Assembly (NCBI RefSeq): GCF_001194135.2
Contig: NC_068982.1
Location: forward strand, 159,173,821-159,237,820
Source: Octopus bimaculoides
Taxonomy: Eukaryota
Direction: 5' to 3'
Length of the DNA: 64,000 nt
A model generated the notes under the pieces. The model saw only the letters and a list, made by a program, of their open reading frames with translations, did not search any database and was not told where the DNA came from. A program made the translations under genes and the position numbers. Shown here piece by piece: positions 41,478-54,449 of this stretch (within the stretch, counting starts at the first letter, position 1; each line of letters starts with the position of its first letter).

Positions 41478-41749
41478 TGTTATGAAAGGTAAATTTCCGA
41501 ATTTGGTTGATAGGGATATACAACCCTAGCGGGTATCGTATTGGCTTTTACCGGTTAATAATGTTGGTTAACTTCAAAATACCTCAAAACCATTGTGAAA
41601 CGCAGTCACCCAGAGATTTCTAGCCGAAATATCAATTCCTTTCGGCAAGTATCAAACTGTTAAAAACAACAAGAGACCTTAGTATTTGCATTCAGTCCAA
41701 TCGATGTATGCATGAGCATGTGCATTTATAATAGTTAGAGATATGGCCG

Positions 41750-41882
41750 GTTTATGGCCATATCACTTTGAAAACACCGGTTCTCGTCCGATGATCCTCG
41801 TCCGATGATCCGAAGTTAAGCAACGTCGAGCCTGGTTAGTACTTATATGGGTGACCGCTTGGGAAACCTAGGTGCTGTAAAC
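41750..41882 (+). rRNA. 5S rRNA: 5S rRNA copy, probably a retroposed pseudogene (14-bp internal tandem duplication, mutated box C)
   Basis: gtttatggccatatcactttgaaaacaccggttctcgtccgat...ccgaagttaagcaacgtcgagcctggttagtacttatatgggtgaccgcttgggaaacctaggtgctgtaaac is a full 5S sequence. ctcgtccgatgatc is duplicated (41783-41796, 41797-41810); an A8 tract follows; gttagaga flanks it at 41734-41741 and 41895-41902. Confidence 0.95.
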
Positions 41883-42389
41883 GTTAAAAAAAAGGTTAGA
41901 GAGAAACACACAGAGTACACAATTAACTTCACAGTAAATGCAAGCGGAGGCTTTCAAATATCCAAATGTTCCATAATGGAAAAATCAACAAGTACTCCAT
42001 ATGGTGTGAGATAAATATCATATATATNNNNNNNNNNNNNNNNNNNNNNNNNNNNNNNNNNNNNNNNNNNNNNNNNNNNNNNNNNNNNNNNNNNNNNNNN
42101 NNNNNNNNNNNNNNNNNNNNNNNNNNNNNNNNNNNNNNNNNNNNNNNNNNNNNNNNNNNNNNNNNNNNNNNNNNNNNNNNNNNNNNNNNNNNNNNNNNNN
42201 NNNNNNNNNNNNNNNNNNNNNNNNNNNNNNNNNNNNNNNNNNNNNNNNNNNNNNNNNNNNNNNNNNNNNNNNNNNNNNNNNNNNNNNNNNNNNNNNNNNN
42301 NNNNNNNNNNNNNNNNNNNNNNNNNNNNNNNNNNNNNNNNNNNNNNNNNNNNNNNNNNNNNNNCAGACATACATTCACATAAACGTATG

Positions 42390-42427
<38 letters not shown>

Positions 42428-43192
42428 CACGCACACACACATACACACACACACACACATACACACAAACACACACACAAATATATACAACCAACACATG
42501 GGCTTTATGATATTGAAATTATGTCCGGATTTATCACGATGTTGATAATGTGGTTATGTATGTATGTAAGGTTATATATTTCTGTATTCGTTGGTTTAAT
42601 CTAAAGCGCCAAAACATTCTTAAGAACATATAGAAGGAAAATATTATTATCATTTATTCCTTGAATCATAAACCAGCCGATGACAATTGAGCCTTTCATC
42701 CAATGGGAGATGATAAATTGTATACCAGTGAAATTTTTCTCGATGTAATTTCCTTTGCCCTTCACGTGGTATGTAGCTTTGTACCTACAGCTAGCATATT
42801 CACTTGCCTAGAAACATAGGAAAGCCGGAATAGTGAAATATATACAAGATACCTACATTATCTTATAGCTCCCGTAAGGTTGATAAGTAAATTTTGCTTC
42901 GGTTGAATTTCATTTGAAACTTAAAAACACGCTGCTAATTGATACAATTAGAATTCGTCCGATGTCAACCACACTCCAATGATTTTAATATAGTAAATCA
43001 GAAAATTGTAGGCCTAATCTTCTGATGTATATTTATGGATTAATACATTTTTCTCTTCGTTCATACTTATAAATACTACCTTTTTGAATTCTACGTGTAT
43101 TAAACCTTATTTATATTCTGAAACTGTTCTACGTACGTCAAAACGAGTTGAATCAGGTACATCACAATTTCATGTATTTTTCTAAATTCCAT

Positions 43193-43595
43193 ACGAGTGG
43201 CTGTGTGGTAAGTAGCTTGCTGACCAACCACATGGTCCCGGGTTCAGTCCCACTGCGTGGCATCTTGGGCAAGTGTCTTCTACTATAGCTTCGGGCCGAC
43301 CAATGCCTTGTGAGTGGATTTGGTGGACGGAAACTGAAAGAAGCCTCTCGTATATATGTATATATATATGTATGTGTGTATATGTTTGTTTGTCTGTGTT
43401 TGTCCCCCCAACATCGCTTGACAACCGATGCTGGTGTGTTTATGTCCTTGTAATTTAGCGGTTCGGCAAAAGAGACCGAAAGAATAAGTACTAGGCTTCC
43501 AAAGAATAAGTCCTGGGGTCGATTTGCTCGACTAAAGGCGGTGCTCCAGCATGGCCACAGTCAAAAGACTGAAACAAGTAAAAGAGTAAAAAAGT
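43193..43595 (+). mobile_element. Full-length tRNA-derived SINE, family B
   Basis: gagtggctgtgtggtaagtagcttgc...gggttcagtcccactgcgtggcatcttgggcaagtgtcttc, internal (TA)/(TG) tract, tail cagcatggccacagtcaaaagactgaaacaagtaaaagagtaaaa. Confidence 0.93.
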
Positions 43596-44876
43596 ATATA
43601 TATATATATATATATATTATCATTGTTATTACATTTCGTTTACATTAAGTTTCTAAACGTAAATATTCTTTTAGATCTCAAAATTACTTTCTATTTGGAA
43701 TTCTATAGGCAAATATTTTAGAGAATTTCTTGCGTTTAAATTAACGATGCTCCACATTATTTATTCCCCTTCCTAATTGAATAAAGTGTTGGAATTTCAG
43801 CAGCAACAGCATGTGTCGTCGTATTCAGCATTATCGTGAGATATATCAAAGTATTGATCATTATCTTAGGTGCAGCTTGCATGTGGATTAAACGCCTACT
43901 ATATTCTATTCAATCTTGAGGAATAGTGCGTAGTTTTTCAAAGAACCGGGACTAATGGATTAATTATTCTAATTAATTATCATCAAGTTCAACGACCTTT
44001 TCCTTATGAACAGTCGATATTAACATGAAACGGGTACAACGATCACAATATATATGCCAAAACACATAGAAGTATGAATCGGTGAGAGAAATGCAATGAT
44101 GTAAATGTACACGTAAATGAGATCATTTCGAAACCCGCAACGATTTTGAAGGAAAAATTCAAAGGAGCTAATCGATACAAAATGAACTGAACATGAATGA
44201 TTTACATTATGCTAATTGCAGTGTTTCGCAGTCCGATTTCAGATTAAACTAAATTTACATTTATCATTTGCTACTCTTTGGTTCATAAAAATCCATACAT
44301 TTTATTGAGTGTTCCACTTCCATTTCAGAGAGTGATTCATAATTTTCAGATAAATTAGCTACTGATCCTTAGTCAGGACAGCTCACAAGAAGTATACCTA
44401 TGACCAAAATCAGCCTAGCAATGAGTATCTTCTTTTGGGGGAGTCTCTATGTCTACACTATTTAATTTCACTTTCTTTTTTTACGCAATTAGTGTGTGAG
44501 TTCGGGAAAACGTTGTTTTACAGCATGCCTACATAGAGTTGCCAAGTTATGCAAAAAATTATAAATGTGGGACTTCAAACATGTTTAGTAAGGTTATAGC
44601 CGTTCTGATTGATTTCCAAACAAAATTCATATAATTTTCTTGACGTCTGTGATAATGCAATGCAAATTAGACTGAGTTATTTGATCACAAAAGACAAACG
44701 AAAGAAGAAAGCGATTAGTCCAAAACTATTCTATTTTGCTAATTAATTACATTATATTTAAACATGGTAAATAAATGTGGTATCTTTAACAACATACACT
44801 TCTTTGTGATACAAATTTACCTTCCTTATTTTCCTGGGTGAAATACATTTTTTTTTTTACATATTGGGCTGTATGA

Positions 44877-45091
44877 AGGCGGCGAAATGGCAGAGCTGTT
44901 AGCGATCCGGGTAAAATATTTAGAGGCATTTCGTCCGCCTTTGCGTCCTGAATTCAAATTCCACCGCGATCAACTACATCTTTCATCTCTTCGGGATGAA
45001 TAGAGAAAGTACCACTCGAGTCCTGGGGTCGATGTATCCACTTAAGCCCACCGTAAAATTGCTGGCCTTGTGCCAAAGTTTGGAACTAATT
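44877..45091 (+). mobile_element. SINE family A
   Basis: ggcggcgaaatggcagag.tgttagc...gaattcaaattccaccg...ctggggtcgatgta...ggccttgtgccaaagtttgga. Confidence 0.85.
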
Positions 45092-45394
45092 TTGAACCGT
45101 ATGCATTATTATCGAATTTATGCTGACGATTCAATAGATTCGTCGTTGTCAGATGTGTTATATTGTTTATCTTACATTTTACCAATCAGACAGAATAAAA
45201 TATTGAGCCTTTTTGGCATATATAATGAGAGAACGTAGTTTCTTTTACTTGTAGCTTTCATTGACAGCAACGAGTATTCTGTCCTTATTCATTCTTTTTT
45301 GTGTTTAGTTAACTTCTTACGTTTACTTGTTGCCGAGGCTTATCATCTGCTTGTAAAAATTTTGAATTCGCTAATATAGCATACCAGTGAAATG

Positions 45395-45775
45395 TACTCT
45401 TTTATTCTTTTAGTTGTTTCAGTCATTTGACTGTGGCCATGCTGGAACACCGTCTTTAGTCGAGCAAATCGACTCCAGGACTTGTTCTTTGTGAGCTTAG
45501 TACTTATTCTATCGGTGTCTTATGCCGAACCGCTAAGTTACGGGGACGTAAACACACCAGCGTCGGTTGTTAAGCGATGTTGCGGGGACGAACACAGATA
45601 CACAAACATACACACACACAGACATANNNNNNNNNNNNNNNNNNNNNNNNNNNNNNNNNNNNNNNNNNNNNNNNNNNNNNNNNNNNNNNNNNNNNNNNNN
45701 NNNNNNNNNNNNNNNNNNNNNNNNNNNNNNNNNNNNNNNNNNNNNNNNNNNNNNNNNNNNNNNNNNNNNNNNNNN

Positions 45776-45806
<31 letters not shown>

Positions 45807-45967
45807 TGCGACAGGCATCTTTCTGTTTCCGTCTACCAAATCCACTCACAAGGCTTTGGTCAGTCCGGGGCTATAGTAGAAGACATTTTCCCAAGGTGCT
45901 ACACAGTGGGACTGAACCCCGAACAACGTGGTTCGTCAGCAAGCTACTTACCACACAACCACTCCTG
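45395..45967 (-). mobile_element. Full-length SINE family B (minus strand, gap in the internal microsatellite)
   Basis: Reverse complement of the 43193 copy throughout; the 5' motif acaaccactcctg is repeated at 45954-45985. Confidence 0.93.
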
Positions 45968-48437
45968 CCAAACAACCACTCCTGTATTTAACATTTAAAC
46001 TATTATAGAGTAGGACTTGTTTTAATTATGTATTTAGGAGCATTTTGTAAATTCTCTCTTCAGGTCCCTTCTATCGATTATATCATTCGATCTCCACTCC
46101 TTTAGAATTTGAAAGAAAAATATATTACCCATCGAAGGTTGTGTCAGCCCACTATTCACCAAAATCTTATAAAAATTGGCAGATTTCTAAAGGGAGGAAT
46201 TATTATTTCATAGCGTTAGTATATATATTTATTTATAAACAATAGAAAACACAACATGAATGCATATTTAACAGCTTTGTTCCAAGTAAATCGAAAACCT
46301 GAATCACAGAAATAAAATATCACGGAAGACGTTAGCAAGTAATTATCTTAGATATTGTTTTCCTATTTTCTGATATAGACAAAGATTATTGAGAGCTTTG
46401 ATTCAAAGATATTCGTTCAGCCATTAAGAAATTCTCCATGGAAATGCGTGAAAAAGCTTTTAGCTTTTCTCGGATGAAAAGAATTCTTCAAAAGACTCCA
46501 CATAATTAAATGGAGTAAGGTTTCTCGAATAGCATTCAACAAAACATTTAAAGAAATCTGAACATGGACCGGAAGAAGCACTTTTACGTTTTATGTGTTA
46601 TTGTTCGCTGACTGGGTTTGCAACTTCTATCCATACAGAGTCATATCTTTATGTAATATTACTTCGGGAATGAAAACATCTCCCGTGAGATAATAGTAGT
46701 ATCTTTTCATTGGGCATTCGAAAGCAGTGTAACTGAAGTGCAATGTATTCAACCAAAAATCGAAAATGTTGCGTAGAATTCCGAAGCCAAGTATCTTATG
46801 AGATAATAAATATTACTTATTTTGAATAAGAAATACTTTACCTATAGTATAATGAGAGGGCGAATTATTTTCCCTAAAATAAAAGGCGCAAAATGTGCTT
46901 CGTCAAATCTTCCAAAAATTTTTTTTTTTTTTCTGTTGATCAACGTCAGACCATAAATGTCTACTTTTTCAACAAAATACATTAAATTTTGACAGTTCTG
47001 AAACGTGCGATGTTATAGTTTCATATTCTAAATTAAGGCGTTTTGTGCAAAGTGTTTGTCGTGGATGTGTGATACATGCCAAAGGTAGGGCAGCGTCTAT
47101 AACTTATACCGAATCAGCAAGACAGATGGAAGTTACAAGTCAAAATGTTGTAATATCTGTACTGAGAAACTGACAAACAACTAACTAGTACTAATATGAA
47201 ACCAGATCAAATTGACCTATGTTTCAACGGTAGATTTGATAGATGAAGCCCATGAAGGGATGATGTCCGTCACAGAAATTTCCATTCAGCTTTTGTCCGC
47301 CAATTTCTTTCACAGGCCTTACTTCGCACAGTGTTTGTATTTAGGTCAAAATCTGAATTATGAAAGTACAAGTGGAATCTCATAATTATGAGATTTCTTC
47401 AGTTGGTAAAGAAAGTTCATTGCAGACAGTAATTAACGGAAATAAGAATCAGACATGTAAATGTAGCTAAGAATAATATTAGAGGAACAGAAGTGACATA
47501 TGCTGTACTTAAGATGTTGCCATAAAATTTAAATGACATAAGTCAAGAGGAGCAGATCAAAAGAAGATGTCTCAACTCTTTGAATGTAATGAGAACTTTA
47601 TCTTTAAAAGAAAACTAGTATTTTATTATTTTTGTGGACGCTAACATGCTAACATGCTGTTAGATAAGAAAAACTCATTTGTTATGAAGCTTCAGCTGAT
47701 CATAAGAATGTTAACTCAATAAGAAACAATAACTGAATATTTGATTTAGAACTTTGGATAGATATAAGAATATTTTGCCTGTAAGTCTACAAAAGTGACC
47801 GGCTGATGAAATTGTCTGTACATATCAAAACAATTTAAGATGTGATGCTGATTCAGAGACAAGCTAAATGCATTGTATTTGCCAAAATTATGCACTATAT
47901 AGATATATGTCTTGTAATTGAACGTTCCGTCTAGGGAATCGAGATGTTTGTCCTTTCATCTTCTTAATAAACATAACTGACCGTGATCTGTTTTCACAAT
48001 AATTGATGCTGTGATCGACCTGTCATGTCTAAATGTATCAAAGCCAAAATCAGAGCTATCACAAAATTATTCAATAGTTGAGTAAGCTCTTTATTATTTA
48101 CTTGTGAATTTTGTTAAGTCGTAATGGATTCATTTGATATAGTGTTTGACTGTAATTGCATAATTGACTTTTATTTATATCATGTGATCACTGTGTAGCA
48201 TTTTATTTCAGAACATGAACCGATGATGTTGCTTCTCATAGGCACGCACACTGCGAGAAATAGCAGTCAAATTTGACACAAATTATCTTAATGTCGTAAA
48301 TACGGGGTACATATATTAAATAACGGAGTGCAACAAACGCCAAAACAGAGGATTTAGACTCTTATGGGATTATCTGTCATTATTTCTTTGTAGACATACT
48401 AAATCAAAGAGTAGATCATATAAAATAATTCCATCTG

Positions 48438-48439
<2 letters not shown>

Positions 48440-48518
<79 letters not shown>
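48440..48518 (+). repeat. (TTA)n microsatellite
   Basis: Seen directly. Confidence 0.97.
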
Positions 48519-48519
<1 letters not shown>

Positions 48520-48861
48520 TTTAAGACAGTAGATTTTCAATACAGAAATTGTCAGTAAGAAGGATTAAGAAAAACTAAAACTGAAAAATAGTCTGGTACT
48601 TGTACTTATATTGGTGAAAATGTTCGCAGTCAAGTTTCCGAATATTTATTCCTCTACAAAATATATGTAGACACTGCCTAACATGCTCTAGTTCGGGAAT
48701 TGCTGAGATAAACTTAGTTGCATCATGAGATGTTTCAGACCAAGTGAATACTATCTCTGTAACTTAACTCTCCCCCTTGCATTTTTTCTCTTTTTCTTTC
48801 TCTCTCTTATTCTCTGTATATTATAATGCATGTATATATATATAGAGAGAGAAAGGGAGAC

Positions 48862-48900
<39 letters not shown>

Positions 48901-48924
48901 CGCACATAAGACAGACACACACAG

Positions 48925-48972
<48 letters not shown>

Positions 48973-49026
48973 CTGTGTGTGTGTGTGTGTGGATGTATAT
49001 TTGGGTATGCGTGCGTGTGTATGTGA

Positions 49027-49060
<34 letters not shown>

Positions 49061-49543
49061 ATGAACGGCAATAAGAACGTACACAATACTTGTAACATGT
49101 TTCACAAATTCAGTCTAGATATTGCTAACCAGAGTGTCCTAATACTAATCTACCATTCAATTTCTTCACAAAATACCTTTGAATATGGTAGTAAAGAGAA
49201 ACTCCGAACAACAGCCTAACAAATCTTCATACATTAAAAAGCAATCACATGCACAGACATATCTCTATAATATAGGAGAAAACAAAAGTATACAGCAATA
49301 AGAATAGTCGTGTGATATGATATTGCCCCATTCCGACTCTCCCTCCTCTCTCTCTCTCGTTCGCTTTTTCTCTCTTCCACAATCATTATTTATCCTTCTG
49401 CTAAATACTGTTTGATCAGCCGCATTATTTCATAGCTATGTTAGTCCAGCCTTAAGTGTTGTGTATCTCTACCACTGTTTAGACATGATCGGGTATTGTA
49501 CACCCATATATTCAATGGGAATCTAGTTATAGGAATCCCTCGT

Positions 49544-49635
<92 letters not shown>

Positions 49636-50282
49636 TGTGTTTGCGCGTGCTTGTGTATGTGCATATTCAACTTCGCTACTATTTGTAACAAGCTTCGTCA
49701 CCTTAGAAAAGCTCAGTGTTTGGAATTGTACTCTTATGTGCATGCATAATGTATTTGAAGCAACATTATACTCATTATTTTTTTATGGTCGCTGGAGGTA
49801 ATTTGAGGATGATATTTCTGGCTATATCTAGCAGGCAAAATAAGCGATCGCATATAGCGGTCTCTTGCTGCTGTTTACTGTCTTAATACTTAATAGTCAG
49901 TCAGTTTTAACAAATGTGCACGAATGTAACAATTATTGAGTAAATTAACAAGCAATCTTTTTTGTCCGAAATAAACCGGAGTCATTAAGGTGATATTGAT
50001 CTCATGAGGAATAGCTTCGTGTGGCTAAACGAGGCGATTAATATCCTGCTGTTCGTAACAGCTTCAAACATAGAGAAGTAAGCTTCTTTTTATTGAAAAA
50101 CTATTTAAGAGGAAACAGCCACCTCCTACATCCGCCAAATGACATTTTCAAAATAATTGTCTTGTTATTTATCATTCATCAAAAATTTCTCAAACACTCT
50201 TCAATTTACAATCTTTGAAACTGTGTATGTATGTATATATGGATATCTGTCTTTTTGTCTGTGTCTCTGTACGTATGTATGT

Positions 50283-50365
50283 AGTTGTTCAGTTTTATTT
50301 CAAGATTTCTTGTTAACAGTGAAAGAGCCGGTTTCTAACCTAGATCCAAGTCTCCTTCATTGGAG
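50283..50365 (-). mobile_element. 3' UTR fragment of a (CATA)n-associated REL retrotransposon family
   Basis: Closely similar to 53187-53275 (ttgttcagttttatttcaagatttct...aaagagccggtttctaacc). Its minus-strand 3' end runs into catacatac. Confidence 0.75.
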
Positions 50366-50384
50366 ATAAGCTGATGAGGATAGG

Positions 50385-51830
50385 GAAGCTAATGAAGTAA
50401 CAAGCACAAGTCCCTCTGTGCCTGTGGTCCTACAAAAGAACGGAGACCTCACCCCATTGGACAATCAGAGGCATGCAAGTGCTACCACCAGAAAAGGAAG
50501 GAAAGAACACGAACACAAACATAAACAATGAAGGGGAGAAAAGGAAAAAAGAAAAAAAAATGAAATTACTAAAACGGAAACCCCAAACCACCAGACAAAA
50601 AACTGAAAACTCAAATATGGAGGTGCTAATGGAATCCGAAACCCTAGAGAAGTAATTTGGAGTGAAGTCAAGGACATGCAAATTTTACCTGCGAGGCAAA
50701 AGTTGCTATGGAGAAGACGGTGCAAACTGCCGGTTTGTTCACTCGAGATCCCACCAAAACAACAGGGACCTTAAGGAGAAATACTTCTCTGAGGAAAGGC
50801 ACCAATCGCCTCCAAAGAAAAATATGCAAATGCAATGTGTTCTTCAGATGTTATGCGCAAGGTAGCAGCTGAGCAAGAGCCTTTTTGTGCAAACAAGGAA
50901 CCTTGCTCACCACTGCACAATACTACCACAATCAACAGACACGGTATGACCTCCCATAACGCCTGCACAGTCGTCGCGCCAATATTCTTACTAAATAATG
51001 GGGGCCTGTTGCCTCAGAACAACAAAAGCAAAGTTCTTTTTCTGAGATGCAATCAAGCCCTATGCATAGTACTCGTGGGGAATAATCTGAGCTCTGATAT
51101 AGAGGATGCAGAAGTACACGTACCAAAATATAGCATACTATGAACAGACAGAAGGTAAAGGAACCATTGTGGAGTTGCTGTATACATCCGTGAAAACCTC
51201 ACATGCCAGGTCTTACTGTCATACTCAAATTCAGTATCGGACACTCTAATTGTATACGTAAGACAACACAATATAGTCATTTGCAACACATATCGTCCAC
51301 CGAATACGCTAATCCAAATAGGCAAGTTTGAAGATTGCCTCAAGAATTACAAAAAACCTCATGAAATGGAACATCGTGTGAGCGTATTACTCATGAGTGA
51401 TATCAACTTCCTGAATATCAAATGGCCGGAAGGCCTCATGCTCTCACAAATGACCCATTGCAAACAATCACAGGTGGAGTGCATGCTCAACCTTACCAAT
51501 GCCCCATTCATGGAGCAAGTTGTACTCAGACAACATAGGGCGAATAGCAAATTGACTCTTTGCTACACAAATAATAAGGACAACGTTCATGATGTGAAAG
51601 CGACGCCGACTTTAGTTTCGGATCACAATATAATAAGGCTATCATGTATGGACCAAACGTCGCTAGAGACATACAGTCTAAAGGAAGCACCCAAAATCTC
51701 TCCAATCTGAACTTCCACAAAGCAGACTAGAATTCGATCGAAAATGCGATAGTCAAACAGGACTGACCGAAATATCTCTCCACACCAGACATTGGCATGA
51801 AGCTAGAATATTTCATGCCTGTTACGTAAA
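50385..51830 (+). mobile_element. 5' part of a CR1/L2-group LINE: Lys-rich region, CCCH zinc finger(s) and APE endonuclease, decayed
   Basis: CKFYLRGKSCYGEDGANCRFVH near 50677-50742 (CCCH spacing). APE motifs LNNGGL, DIEDAEVHVPKYSIL*TDR..R..GVAVYIRENL, YRPP, SDINF, EQVV, LCYTNN, SDHNII lie in one frame (50835 and 51366 ORFs) with two in-frame stops. No RT before the gap. Confidence 0.92.
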
Positions 51831-51866
51831 TAATGTGCTGGAAATATGTCCCAGAGCACAAGGCCA

Positions 51867-51908
<42 letters not shown>

Positions 51909-52249
51909 GAAGGTGGACGCGTGNNNNNNNNNNNNNNNNNNNNNNNNNNNNNNNNNNNNNNNNNNNNNNNNNNNNNNNNNNNNNNNNNNNNNNNNNNNNN
52001 NNNNNNNNNNNNNNNNNNNNNNNNNNNNNNNNNNNNNNNNNNNNNNNNNNNNNNNNNNNNNNNNNNNNNNNNNNNNNNNNNNNNNNNNNNNNNNNNNNNN
52101 NNNNNNNNNNNNNNNNNNNNNNNNNNNNNNNNNNNNNNNNNNNNNNNNNNNNNNNNNNNNNNNNNNNNNNNNNNNNNNAAGAAATTAAGAAGGAGAAGTG
52201 AATATTTGTTGCGGCAACTATTTTTTTTTTTAGTAGAGGAATGTATATA

Positions 52250-52560
52250 GTGTGTAGTCAGCGTGTTTACAATATGAAATTGTGGAGGTGTATTTTGGCA
52301 TATCAACTTCTATGTTTGTGGAGCAGAGGGTAGAAGGGTTGGCAGCAGTTGAAATAAAAAGGAAGAACAATTTTTTAATCGTAAAGGAAAAATACGGAGA
52401 GAAGTGTCCAATTGACAGTCGAGGAATTAAAAGGGAGATATATTGTTGGTTTGAAATATATTGACAGTAAGAATGGAAAAGAGGGAACATTTATGAAGGT
52501 TAGGGAGGAAAGAGCGGAGTGGAGGTGTAATTATTTGTATTTTGAGAATGGATTTAGTGG
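52250..52560 (-). mobile_element. Highly degenerate Penelope-like RT thumb region
   Basis: Minus frame gives SIYFKPTIYLPFNSS, similar to PLE TxVYxKPT..YLxFxSxHP; strong purine skew on the plus strand. Confidence 0.35.
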
Positions 52561-53066
52561 TCGATGATTGCAGGTGAATATTATACTGCTGCGTTCATTA
52601 AAACAATTCGTGGATTGCAGAATAGCCAAGACTACTGTGCTTGTGCTCTCTATAAACCTGATTGAATCTTTCATGCTTCAACAAGTACATTCTTGCAACA
52701 ATGTAACTTTTAATTTAATTAAGGTAGCCTTTGCCTGAAGAGTGGACGGCAATATATACCACGCTTATACTTTTACTACTTCTGAGATTCCGCTCGCTAT
52801 GAACCATATGTAGCCCGGATCTTACCTACTCCATTCTGTAACTCTTGTTTTCCTATTCGCACACCCGACAACCCTGGTTGCCTACCGTGGAATATTAAAA
52901 AAAACAACATTTTTTTCAGTTTATCGTTCTTCGATAGGAAAATAACAGCCACAACCTTCTGCCTCAATAGAACATTATTGTCCTAGAAAGGACTTTTTTC
53001 TTATATTTACTAAGGATTGCTTGAAGCTATTTTTTTCCTACACCTAGATACCTTGATCTTGCATTT

Positions 53067-53114
<48 letters not shown>

Positions 53115-53186
53115 ATGTGTATATATGTGTGTGTTTTTGTCTGTATGTGTATGTATGTGTATGTATATGTATGTATGTATGCATGT

Positions 53187-53275
53187 CATTGTTCAGTTTT
53201 ATTTCAAGATTTCTCGTCAATATATAAAGAGCCGGTTTCTAACCAAGATTCAAGTCTCATCGGAATTTCAACATC
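53187..53275 (-). mobile_element. 3' UTR fragment of the (CATA)n-associated REL retrotransposon family
   Basis: Reverse complement ...cttgaatcttggttagaaaccggctc...aataaaactgaacaatgacatgcatacatac; TATG repeats on both sides. Confidence 0.75.
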
Positions 53276-53375
53276 AACAACAGGGTATTTTTGATTGTAT
53301 GTATGTGTGCATGTATCTATATGTGCAGATTTTTATGTCTTGTTTTATACATATACACATACATACATACATACA

Positions 53376-53404
<29 letters not shown>

Positions 53405-53407
<3 letters not shown>

Positions 53408-53776
53408 GATATCTCTTTCAAAATCGAAGAAAAAGAGGATATCTTTGGCTAAATGCTTCAAAACCTCCAGCTTCTATATCCAGACCATGAATTCATATTT
53501 ATACCAATAATAATTGGAACACTAGGCTTTGTTAGTAAATGCTTAAAGGGGAATCTGGATAAACTGGGATTTTCAGAAAGAGAAATTGACCGGATGATTC
53601 GTACATTACAAGTCCAATCTGTGAGTGGTACAGTAAAAATATGGAAGAGTTTGCTCAAGTCTCAAATATAAATTTATCTGTGCTAACTACGTCCAAAGTG
53701 GATAGAGCCTTGTATCTTTGTTGGAAACCGGCTCCCTCCTCTGTCGCTGGTCTACAATAATTAAAAAATGAAGAGA
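53405..53776 (+). mobile_element. 5'-truncated REL-endonuclease (R4/Dong-like) non-LTR retrotransposon 3' end in (CATA)n
   Basis: DISFKIEEKEDIFG*MLQNLQLLYPDHEFIFIPIIIGTLGFVSKCLKGNLDKLG...LQVQSVSGTVKIWKSLL matches the REL C-terminus pattern (KxxEKxxxY, IPIIIGALG, LQxxxxxGTxKI). About 105 bp UTR follows; (CATA)n at 53358-53404 and 53777-53846. Confidence 0.88.
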
Positions 53777-53858
53777 CATACATACATACACACATACATA
53801 CATACATACATGCATACATACATACATACATACATACATACATACATGTCTACATGAT

Positions 53859-54065
53859 AATGTGAATAGGCTTGGGTTGTCAGAAATAGATATCAACCAA
53901 CTAACATGCACATTACTAATGTAATCTGTAAGTGGAACATTAAAAATATGCAAGAATATTAAAATGTGACATCGTTTTCCTTATCTACATTCCAATGATG
54001 GACTTTTGTATCATTGGTAGATATTAGCTCCTTCCTCAGAAGAAGAATTTAAATAATTAAAATTA
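53859..54065 (+). mobile_element. Second, more diverged tandem copy of the same REL 3' end
   Basis: NVNRLGLSEIDINQLTCTLLM*SVSGTLKICK aligns to NLDKLGFSEREIDRMIRTLQVQSVSGTVKIWK; the UTR aligns (ctac.t...gat...ttgtatc.ttg.t.ga.a...gctcc.tcctc) and ends in atacatatac. Confidence 0.8.
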
Positions 54066-54449
54066 TACATATACACGCTCGCACACTCACATACGCGCGC
54101 ACGCACGCACACACACCCTGCAACATGTATGTGTGTGTGTGTGTGTTAATTTATAATGTTACTTTAAGCGTGGTACGGATAATACCTTAGTAGTACTCAG
54201 AGAGATCATAATCATAAATTTCTTCATCAGGTTGAGAGTGTGAGGTACCCTGAAGATACAAAAGATATCAAGAATAACGTTCGAAATTGAGAGGGTTCGG
54301 GAAGAAGAAAGAGAAACTGAAATAAGCGTGAGGTATGTATTAATATGAAACATATATTATATAATTAATATTATTCAACCAAGGCTCATATTTACAGCTG
54401 TTTCGAAGGATCGATGACTGATTACTTTGAAACTGAATATTTTACAGGT

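Noticed and set aside
47206-47376. Open frame containing DLIDEAHE, like a DEAH-box motif
   Set aside because: No other helicase motif nearby, weak acceptor, the following residues do not fit DEAH consensus, and it ends in a stop.
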